A stretch of DNA of 59,807 nucleotides, counting the filler. It is 4 parts of 4 records of this genome, joined end to end, with 100 filler letters (N's around TTAATTAATTAA, not from the genome) between each part and the next. Parts side by side here need not be neighbours in the genome. Positions count along the whole stretch, not along the records: positions 40,851 to 59,807 come from DRR723986_2424; 3 more parts are not named here. One strand, written 5' to 3'. Position 1 is the stretch's first letter; each line of letters starts with the position of its first letter. Below, one piece after another: positions 51,730 to 59,807 of the stretch. Below the pieces are notes generated by a model. It had not been told where the DNA came from, searched no databases, and was given only the letters and a program-made list of their open reading frames with translations. A program made the translations under genes and the position numbers.

Positions 51730-51990
51730 ATGGCAAGTAAGAAAGGCGGCGGCTCTACGCGCAACGGACGTGACTCAGAAGCCAAGCGACTGGGTGTGAA
51801 GGTGTTTGGCGGCCAGGCAATCAATGCCGGCGGCATCATCATTCGCCAACGCGGTACACGTTTTCATGCTGGCGACAATGTCGGCATGGGCAAAGATCAC
51901 ACATTGTTTGCACTGACCGACGGTCAGGTGCAGTTCTCAGTGAAGGGCGCCTTGCGCCGCAAAACTGTGAGCGTGGTCAGCGAAGGCTAA
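51730..51990 (+). CDS. rpmA: 50S ribosomal protein L27
   Basis: [27 protein letters not shown]. Confidence 0.99.
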   Translation: MASKKGGGSTRNGRDSEAKRLGVKVFGGQAINAGGIIIRQRGTRFHAGDNVGMGKDHTLFALTDGQVQFSVKGALRRKTVSVVSEG

Positions 51991-53265
<1,275 letters not shown>

Positions 53266-53270
53266 TTTCC

Positions 53271-54392
53271 GTGGCAGAGAAATCTCTGGCAAATCAACGT
53301 GTAGTTGTTAAAGTAGGCAGCTCCCTGGTCACCAAAGGCGGCAAGGGCGTGGACATGGAGTCCATTCGGGCCTGGGCAGCACAAATTGCCGAATTGACGA
53401 ACCAAGGCTGCGAGGTGGTGTTGGTATCGTCCGGTGCGATTGCTGAGGGTATGAAACGCCTGAAATGGGCCAAGCGCCCCAAAGAAATTCATGAGCTGCA
53501 AGCCGCCGCGGCGGTGGGGCAAATGGGATTGGTGCATGCCTATGAAATCGGTTTCGCTGAACATGGGCTTGTATGCGCGCAGGTCTTGCTAACCCACGCT
53601 GATCTGGCTGATCGCGAACGTTACCTGAACGCCCGCTCCACCCTGTATTCGCTTTTGGGCCACAAAGTGGTGCCCATCATCAATGAAAACGACACAGTGG
53701 TCACCGATGAAATTCGCTTTGGTGACAACGACACCTTGGGTGCCTTGGTCACCAACTTGGTGGAAGCGGACACCTTGGTTATCTTGACCGACCAGGTGGG
53801 ACTGTATAGCGCTGACCCCCGCAAGAACCCGGATGCCAAATTCATCCACGAAGAAACCGCAGGCAACCCAGAGCTTGAAAAAATGGCAGGCGGTGCTGGC
53901 AGCAGTGTAGGCACTGGCGGCATGATCACGAAAATTCTGGCGGCCAAGCGGGCCGCACGAAGTGGCGCCGCCACGGTCATTGCCAGTGGCCATGAGCCCA
54001 ATGTGCTGGTTCGCCTCATGAAAGGTGAATCCGTGGGCACCTACTTGAAGGCTCCCATGGGTCGCCTGGCTGCACGGAAGCAGTGGATGGCCGACCATTT
54101 GAAATTGAAAGGCTCACTCCTGCTGGATGCCGGTGCCGCAGAGGCTTTGCGCAAGAAAAAGGGCAGCCTTCTGCCAATTGGCGTTACCGGTTGTCAAGGC
54201 AATTTTCAGCGTGGTGATGTAGTCGCCTGCTTGAGCCCTGAGGGCGAGGAAGTGGCCCGTGGCCTGGTGAATTATGCAGCTGCTGAGGTCAAAAAAATTG
54301 CCAAGCAACCCACCAGCGCGATAGAGTCCATCCTTGGTTATCTGGATGAACCCGAGCTGATTCACCGCGACAACATGGTGGTATTGGCCTAA
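53271..54392 (+). CDS. proB: Glutamate 5-kinase
   Basis: [37 protein letters not shown] domain, IHRDN. Confidence 0.98.
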   Translation: MAEKSLANQRVVVKVGSSLVTKGGKGVDMESIRAWAAQIAELTNQGCEVVLVSSGAIAEGMKRLKWAKRPKEIHELQAAAAVGQMGLVHAYEIGFAEHGLVCAQVLLTHADLADRERYLNARSTLYSLLGHKVVPIINENDTVVTDEIRFGDNDTLGALVTNLVEADTLVILTDQVGLYSADPRKNPDAKFIHEETAGNPELEKMAGGAGSSVGTGGMITKILAAKRAARSGAATVIASGHEPNVLVRLMKGESVGTYLKAPMGRLAARKQWMADHLKLKGSLLLDAGAAEALRKKKGSLLPIGVTGCQGNFQRGDVVACLSPEGEEVARGLVNYAAAEVKKIAKQPTSAIESILGYLDEPELIHRDNMVVLA

Positions 54393-54411
54393 CACGAATT
54401 GGAGTGCGCCG

Positions 54412-55269
54412 ATGGAACTGTCGATGTGGAAAAACAGCGGGCAGTTTTTCGAATGGAAAGGCCACTCCATATTTGTGCAAGACACTGCAGCCGCCAACAA
54501 ACCTGTTCTGTTGCTTATTCATGGTTTTCCGACCGCCAGTTACGACTTCCATTTGCTATGGCCTGAATTGGCCGAAACTCATCGCCTGATTGCATTTGAC
54601 ATGCTGGGGTACGGCTATTCTGACAAGCCGCGCACCTGGCGGCATTCCATTTTTAATCAGGCCGACATTGCTGAAGCCTTGCTGAAAAGCAAAGGAATTG
54701 ATGCATGCACAATGATCACACATGACGTGGGTGACACGGTGGGGCAAGAGCTTCTGGCCCGCCATGCGGAGGGTAGGCTGGGGTTCAAGCTTGAGCGCGT
54801 GGTGATGCTCAACGGCGGGCTTTTTCCAGAAACACACCGCGCCATTCTGGTTCAAAAGCTGCTGCTCAGCCCCTTGGGTTTTGTATTCACACGCTTGATG
54901 AAAAAAGAAAAGCTGGCCGCCAGCCTACGCAGCGTATGCTCGGAAGGGCTGAGCGATGCCGACATTGATGCGGCGTGGACGTTGATGGCTCACAAAAAAG
55001 GAAACTTGTGCATGCACCTGTTGATTCAGTACATGCGTGAGAGGCGAGAAAACCGCGACCGTTGGGTACAAGCCTTGCAGAAGGCCGACATGCCATTTGC
55101 ACTGATCGACGGTGTCGAAGATCCCATTTCCGGCGAACACATGGTGCAGCGCTTCGAGGAACTGGTGCCTGGCAAAAAAACCATTCGACTGGCTGGTTTG
55201 GGCCACTATCCGCATTTGGAAGACGCGACGAAAGTGTTGGCTGTTTTAAAGCCATTGCTTGCGCACTAG
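54412..55269 (+). CDS. Alpha/beta hydrolase (epoxide hydrolase/MEST-like, Asp nucleophile)
   Basis: HGFP, DMLGYGYSDKP, THDVGD, DPISG, GHYPHLE. Confidence 0.87.
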   Translation: MELSMWKNSGQFFEWKGHSIFVQDTAAANKPVLLLIHGFPTASYDFHLLWPELAETHRLIAFDMLGYGYSDKPRTWRHSIFNQADIAEALLKSKGIDACTMITHDVGDTVGQELLARHAEGRLGFKLERVVMLNGGLFPETHRAILVQKLLLSPLGFVFTRLMKKEKLAASLRSVCSEGLSDADIDAAWTLMAHKKGNLCMHLLIQYMRERRENRDRWVQALQKADMPFALIDGVEDPISGEHMVQRFEELVPGKKTIRLAGLGHYPHLEDATKVLAVLKPLLAH

Positions 55270-55300
55270 CCCGATCTTGATTAACCCAAAATAGTGGTTT

Positions 55301-55329
55301 TTGCTCTGCGTTATCTCTGTTGATACGCT
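55301..55329 (+). promoter_or_regulatory. Candidate sigma70 promoter of the muramidase-lipoprotein pair
   Basis: TTGCTC-N17-TACGCT with extended -10 TGn; RBS AAGGGG before ATG 55353. Confidence 0.45.
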
Positions 55330-55352
55330 TCGCCTTTTATTAAGGGGTTGCC

Positions 55353-55913
55353 ATGTCATATGAGGTGGATTACGAATTTCTTTCCAAATTAGAGGGCGGG
55401 TGCAGAACCGGCGGCTACATACCTGATTTGGAGAAAAGTAAAAGCGGCGTAACAATTGCAACGGGCTTTGATTTGGGAGCCCGTAACGAGGATGATCTAC
55501 GTCGACTTGGCATTCAGGGTTCTCTACTTAAAAAGTTGACACCTTATCTTGGGCTGAAAAAGCATGACGCTGCCAGGAAACTCGAGAAAAGCCCGCTAAG
55601 CATTTCTACGACCGAATGTCTACAAATTGATCAAGTGGTTAAAACCCATTATCTGGCGCATCTTGCCAACCGATATAACAGTGCCATTTCAAGTGGTGCA
55701 GTGAAATTCGAGGACCTAAGGCCCGAGTTTCAAACGGTGATTGCCTCCGTATCTTTCCAGTACGGTTTGGAATTGGCCCGGTCGGCTCCAAAGTTTTGGG
55801 CCTCTGTCGTTGGGCAGGATTGGAAACTCGCCGTCAAAATACTTCGAAACTTTCAGGATCAATATCCAACGAGAAGAAATAAAGAAGCGGACCTGATGGA
55901 GGGAGCACTTTGA
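55353..55913 (+). CDS. Pesticin C-terminal-like muramidase (lysozyme fold), stand-alone
   Basis: FLSKLEG (E14), GYIP, SGVTIATGFDLG (T34, D40), QTVIASVSFQYG, RRNKEA; no signal peptide. Confidence 0.85.
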   Translation: MSYEVDYEFLSKLEGGCRTGGYIPDLEKSKSGVTIATGFDLGARNEDDLRRLGIQGSLLKKLTPYLGLKKHDAARKLEKSPLSISTTECLQIDQVVKTHYLAHLANRYNSAISSGAVKFEDLRPEFQTVIASVSFQYGLELARSAPKFWASVVGQDWKLAVKILRNFQDQYPTRRNKEADLMEGAL

Positions 55914-56542
55914 GAACCCTTCTGCTGTGTCTTTTATTCACGCTTATTGGATGCTCAAATGCCAAATCCGTTGAACATCGCTATTTCTGGCTTGATCCAG
56001 ATGTGCGTGAAAAAGTGCAAAACCCATCTGAAGAATTACTGACATCTCGACCTCAGCTCGAATTTGCGAACGGAAGTTCAGCAAGTAACTGCGAGGAGTA
56101 TTTTCAGCAACAAGGTGAGGTAAACGAGACTGCCGCAAACCACTCTGCGCGCTCTCATTATTTAATTTGTGACGCATTGAAACTGGCCGACACATGGCCA
56201 CCAAAGCTTGAGGATAAGCCGATTGAAGAAGATCTGTCTTTGTGTTCGACCTTCAGTTTGAGCAGTTTCGAACATTCCCTTCGACCACGTGTTGAAGCGG
56301 ATGGCGCCACGCTGACCCAATTGTTTGGCGAGGAAGCGATAGAGGGATTGAATACCTGTAGTTTCCAAGGAGAGGGTCGAAATTTTGTCCTGAATGCGGT
56401 TTTGCTCGTTCAGGAAAAGGAAGGGCCAAAAAGGATGTGGGTGTGGGTGATCGATGAAATATTGGATGCCACCTATCGTTCTTACGAGGCTGTTTGGTTT
56501 GTTTTCGACGAGTCCAAAAGCATGTGGATTGCTACCCAATAA
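55910..56542 (+). CDS. Uncharacterised lipoprotein, putative immunity protein
   Basis: MRTLLLCLLFTLIG|CS lipobox, four further Cys; TTG start overlaps the muramidase TGA. Confidence 0.7.
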   Translation: MRTLLLCLLFTLIGCSNAKSVEHRYFWLDPDVREKVQNPSEELLTSRPQLEFANGSSASNCEEYFQQQGEVNETAANHSARSHYLICDALKLADTWPPKLEDKPIEEDLSLCSTFSLSSFEHSLRPRVEADGATLTQLFGEEAIEGLNTCSFQGEGRNFVLNAVLLVQEKEGPKRMWVWVIDEILDATYRSYEAVWFVFDESKSMWIATQ

Positions 56543-56575
56543 AAAAACGCGAACCACTTGGTTCGCGTTTTTTTA
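56540..56575. terminator. Bidirectional terminator overlapping both convergent stop codons
   Basis: TAAAAAAACGCGAACCA-ct-TGGTTCGCGTTTTTTTA perfect inverted repeat. Confidence 0.88.
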
Positions 56576-57133
56576 TGTCGACTCAGGTTTTGCTTGAGTT
56601 TCCTCGGTTTTCACGGCGGGTTCCCAGTGGTCGCCCCTTGGCAATCGCCTCGGGTCATTTCTGGAAAACAGCAGTTTGGCCAACTCTCCCAATGCTTGTT
56701 TGTACACTTCCCGTTTGAAATCAATAACGTTTTCAAGTGGAACCCAATACTCGTTCCAACGCCAGGCATCAAATTCAGGGTGCTCAGTGGCCCGCAGGCT
56801 GACATCGCAATCCCTTCCAACCAATTTCAGCAAAAACCAGATTTGTTTCTGGCCTTTGTAGCTTCCCCGCCATTCCCGTCGAATCCAGTGATCGGGTACG
56901 GTGTACCGTAGCCAATTCCTGGTTCTTCCTATAATTTCAACATGTTCTGGCAACAAGCCAACTTCTTCGTGGAGTTCCCGGTACATGGCTTGTTCAGGCG
57001 ATTCACCATGTTTAATTCCGCCCTGCGGAAATTGCCAGGAATGTTCACGAATTCGCTTACCCCAAAAGACCTGCTTTCGGGAATTGGTCAAAATAATGCC
57101 GACGTTGGGACGGTAGCCTTCTTTATCAAGCAT
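56573..57133 (-). CDS. rppH: RNA pyrophosphohydrolase
   Basis: [22 protein letters not shown]...[25 protein letters not shown]. Confidence 0.97.
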   Translation of the reverse strand: MLDKEGYRPNVGIILTNSRKQVFWGKRIREHSWQFPQGGIKHGESPEQAMYRELHEEVGLLPEHVEIIGRTRNWLRYTVPDHWIRREWRGSYKGQKQIWFLLKLVGRDCDVSLRATEHPEFDAWRWNEYWVPLENVIDFKREVYKQALGELAKLLFSRNDPRRLPRGDHWEPAVKTEETQAKPEST

Positions 57134-57273
57134 ACGCGCCCCGCAGATTTCTTTACAATTCAGAGTCATTATAAGCACGAGCTTGCGTTTGTACACCTAG
57201 GGTATCCGCGCTGCGGGCGGATAAAAGTACAATCGCAGTTCTAACCAATTCATTACTCACGAGTTTTTTGCAA

Positions 57274-59034
57274 ATGCGCGCCACCCAGTTTTTTTTGAAT
57301 ACCCTGAAAGAAGCCCCTGCTGACGCTGAAGTGATCAGCCATCAGCTGATGATGCGGGCTGGCATGATCAAGCGTTTGGCCGGTGGCATTTACACCTACA
57401 TGCCCGTGGGGCTGCGCTCCATTCGCAAGGTAGAAAATATTGTTCGCGAAGAAATGAACCGCGCGGGTGCTCTTGAATTGCTAATGCCAGCTGTTCAACC
57501 TGCCGAGCTTTGGCAAGAAAGTGGTCGTTGGGAAAAGTACGGTCCTGAGCTGCTGCGTTTGAAAGACCGTCATGACCGGGACTTTGTAATTGGCCCTACA
57601 CATGAAGAAGTGATTACTGATGTAGTTCGCAAGGAAGTGAAGAGCTACCGCCAGTTGCCCTTGAACCTGTATCAGATTCAAACCAAGTTTCGCGATGAAA
57701 TTCGCCCACGTTTTGGCGTGATGCGCGGCCGCGAATTCGTGATGAAAGACGCGTATTCATTCGACCGTACTCAAGAAGCTGCCCTGAAAACCTACGATGT
57801 CATGTACGACGCGTACCGCCGTATTTTTACCCGCTTGGGTTTGAACTTCCGTGCAGTGAATGCCGACACCGGTTCAATTGGCGGCAACCGCAGCCATGAG
57901 TTTCACGTGATTGCCGACACGGGTGAAGATGCAATTGCGTATTGCCCCAGTTCAGACTACGCCGCCAATGTGGAGCTGGCCGAAGCGGTTTGCACCGCGC
58001 AGCGCCCAGCCGCCAGCAAGGCCATCGACAAGGTGCACACTCCCGGTAATTCAACCTGTGAAGCCGTTGCAGCGCAGCTGGGTTTGCCTTTGACCGCAAC
58101 GGTGAAGAGTGTGGTGTTTGCCAACGAGTGGCTGGATAAAAATGAAACCAAACCAACCCGAAAGGTACAGATCATTTTGGCGCTTGTGCGCGGCGATCAT
58201 GAGGTGAATGACATCAAGTTGGGCAAACTGGCGGGTGTACAAGAACTTCGCTTGGCCACCGAAGGTGAAATTGTGGCAGCTTTTGGAACCAAGCCGGGCT
58301 ACCTGGGGCCAGTCGGCTTGCCGGCTGATGTGCGTGTCGTGGCTGATCGCAGTGTCGCCGCCATGGGTGATTTTGTGTGCGGTGCCAACGCCGCAGACTA
58401 TCACTACGCTGGCGTGAATTGGGGTCGTGATTTACCCGAGCCCGAGGTGGCAGACATTCGCAATGTGGTTGAAGGCGACCCCTCGCCCGATGGCAAAGGT
58501 GTACTGGCCATGTGCCGTGGCATTGAAGTGGGTCACGTATTTTATTTGGGCACCAAGTATTCGGAAGCCCTGCAAGCCAAATTCCTAGATGAAAACGGCA
58601 AGCCTGCAGTGATCGAAATGGGTTGCTATGGCATTGGTGTTACCCGTATTTTGGGTGCAGCGATTGAGCAAAACTTTGACGACCGCGGCATTGTCTGGCC
58701 GTTGAGCATTGCGCCTTTCGAGGTGGTGTTGTGCCCGATTGGCTACAAGAAAAGCGAAGAGGTAAAGGCTCAGGCTGACAGGCTTTACCAGATGCTGAAA
58801 GACGCTGGCGTGGATGTGATGCTGGACGACCGCGATGAGCGGCCAGGTGTGATGTTCGCTGATTGGGAGTTGATCGGCGTGCCGCTGCGGGTTACCTTGG
58901 GTGACCGTGGCCTGAAAGAAGGCAAAGTGGAATTCCAGTCGCGTGATGGCAAGGTTGAAAAGCGCGATGTTGAAGTTGGGGAAATTTTTGAGCAGTTGCG
59001 TGTTGAACTTGCCAACAGGCAAGTTACTTTATAA
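57274..59034 (+). CDS. proS: Proline--tRNA ligase
   Basis: [23 protein letters not shown], editing insertion domain, [16 protein letters not shown]. Confidence 0.98.
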   Translation: MRATQFFLNTLKEAPADAEVISHQLMMRAGMIKRLAGGIYTYMPVGLRSIRKVENIVREEMNRAGALELLMPAVQPAELWQESGRWEKYGPELLRLKDRHDRDFVIGPTHEEVITDVVRKEVKSYRQLPLNLYQIQTKFRDEIRPRFGVMRGREFVMKDAYSFDRTQEAALKTYDVMYDAYRRIFTRLGLNFRAVNADTGSIGGNRSHEFHVIADTGEDAIAYCPSSDYAANVELAEAVCTAQRPAASKAIDKVHTPGNSTCEAVAAQLGLPLTATVKSVVFANEWLDKNETKPTRKVQIILALVRGDHEVNDIKLGKLAGVQELRLATEGEIVAAFGTKPGYLGPVGLPADVRVVADRSVAAMGDFVCGANAADYHYAGVNWGRDLPEPEVADIRNVVEGDPSPDGKGVLAMCRGIEVGHVFYLGTKYSEALQAKFLDENGKPAVIEMGCYGIGVTRILGAAIEQNFDDRGIVWPLSIAPFEVVLCPIGYKKSEEVKAQADRLYQMLKDAGVDVMLDDRDERPGVMFADWELIGVPLRVTLGDRGLKEGKVEFQSRDGKVEKRDVEVGEIFEQLRVELANRQVTL

Positions 59035-59047
59035 TCCATTTGCCCGG

Positions 59048-59701
59048 TTGGCGTGTAGCGCCCGCCGGGTGCTTGCGCTAGCCGGGGCTGTATTGGCTTT
59101 GGCTGGTGTTGGTTCGCCAGTTTTTGCCAATCAGCAGTACGAACCCATGGCGGATCATGTTCGCCTGGCGCTTCGCACCGCCTTGAGTGCCCCAGCGGCA
59201 CCCCGTCCAATTTTCGATTCCGTCGGCCATCGAATTGACTGGATGGCCGAGATGTCGCGCCGTTTGGCCCGCCGTGTTCCCGATTTCAGCGAGCGAACAG
59301 AGCTGATCAAGATTATTCGCTATGAAGCGCAGCGAGTTGGCATTGACCCTCAAATTATTTTTGCCCTGATTGAAGTGGAGAGTAACTTTCGTGCCGATGC
59401 GGTTAGCCATGCCGGGGCCATTGGCTTGATGCAGGTGATGCCGTTTTGGACCGATGTGTTGTCGCGGGGAAGTTCTCGGGAGTTGTTTGAGCCGCGCGTA
59501 AACATTCGTTATGGCTGCCTTATTTTGCGGCATTACCTGGATATTGAAAAAGGCAATCTGGACCGGGCCTTGGGGCGTTACAACGGCAGCCTCGGGAAGA
59601 TGACCTATCCCAATCTGGTGTATGACCGCTTGGATCGGAATTGGGGCTATAGCTACGTTGAGCCGCCGAAGCCTGCGTCGCGTATTGCGGGTGACTTTTG
59701 A
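59048..59701 (+). CDS. Lytic transglycosylase (SLT domain); start uncertain
   Basis: Signal-like N-terminus; IEVESNF, GAIGLMQVMP, NIRYG, ALGRYNG. Confidence 0.88.
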   Translation: MACSARRVLALAGAVLALAGVGSPVFANQQYEPMADHVRLALRTALSAPAAPRPIFDSVGHRIDWMAEMSRRLARRVPDFSERTELIKIIRYEAQRVGIDPQIIFALIEVESNFRADAVSHAGAIGLMQVMPFWTDVLSRGSSRELFEPRVNIRYGCLILRHYLDIEKGNLDRALGRYNGSLGKMTYPNLVYDRLDRNWGYSYVEPPKPASRIAGDF

Positions 59702-59807
59702 TCTGAACTTGAATGGTCACCGCTGCTGTTGGTAGCCCACTCGGCTTGGGTTACTTGTTCCGCACTGAAAACCGCTTGATCCCTTTTTGAATGGATTCTT
59801 GCTCACC

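Noticed and set aside
55353-55913. Muramidase as a prophage endolysin
   Set aside because: No holin, spanin pair, structural or integrase genes nearby; the flanks are core genes.

Overview
This window is not one continuous locus. It is four contigs joined by identical 100-nt artificial spacers (N44-TTAATTAATTAA-N44) at 26349-26448, 31854-31953 and 40751-40850. Contig A (1-26348) is a Rhodobacteraceae/Roseobacter-type core region: ileS, ogt, pcs, xerC, transaldolase, priA, transporters, prmA, DUF1127, ruvCAB, ybgC-tolQRAB-pal-cpoB-tilS-ftsH. Contig B (26449-31853) is also Rhodobacteraceae-like (rodZ-like, ispG, two DsbA-family genes, M48 protease). Contig C (31954-40750) looks like an FCB/Bacteroidota-type accessory locus: three tandem secreted Asp-box (BNR/YCF48-like) beta-propeller paralogs with T9SS-like C-termini, a divergent LytS/LytTR two-component pair and a T9SS-tagged PHB-depolymerase-family esterase. 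Contig D (40851-59807) is a Burkholderiales-type core region (secA to proS) with an apparent insertion between proB and rppH. The two most interesting items are (i) the contig C propeller array, which carries an 88-nt non-coding element duplicated at 76/88 identity behind two highly diverged paralogs plus a candidate LytTR direct repeat, and (ii) a stand-alone pesticin-like muramidase translationally coupled to an unknown cysteine-containing lipoprotein, a candidate orphan toxin/immunity pair. Taxonomic and family assignments come from motif recognition by eye; no database searches were run. I saw no tRNA, rRNA, CRISPR array or transposase.
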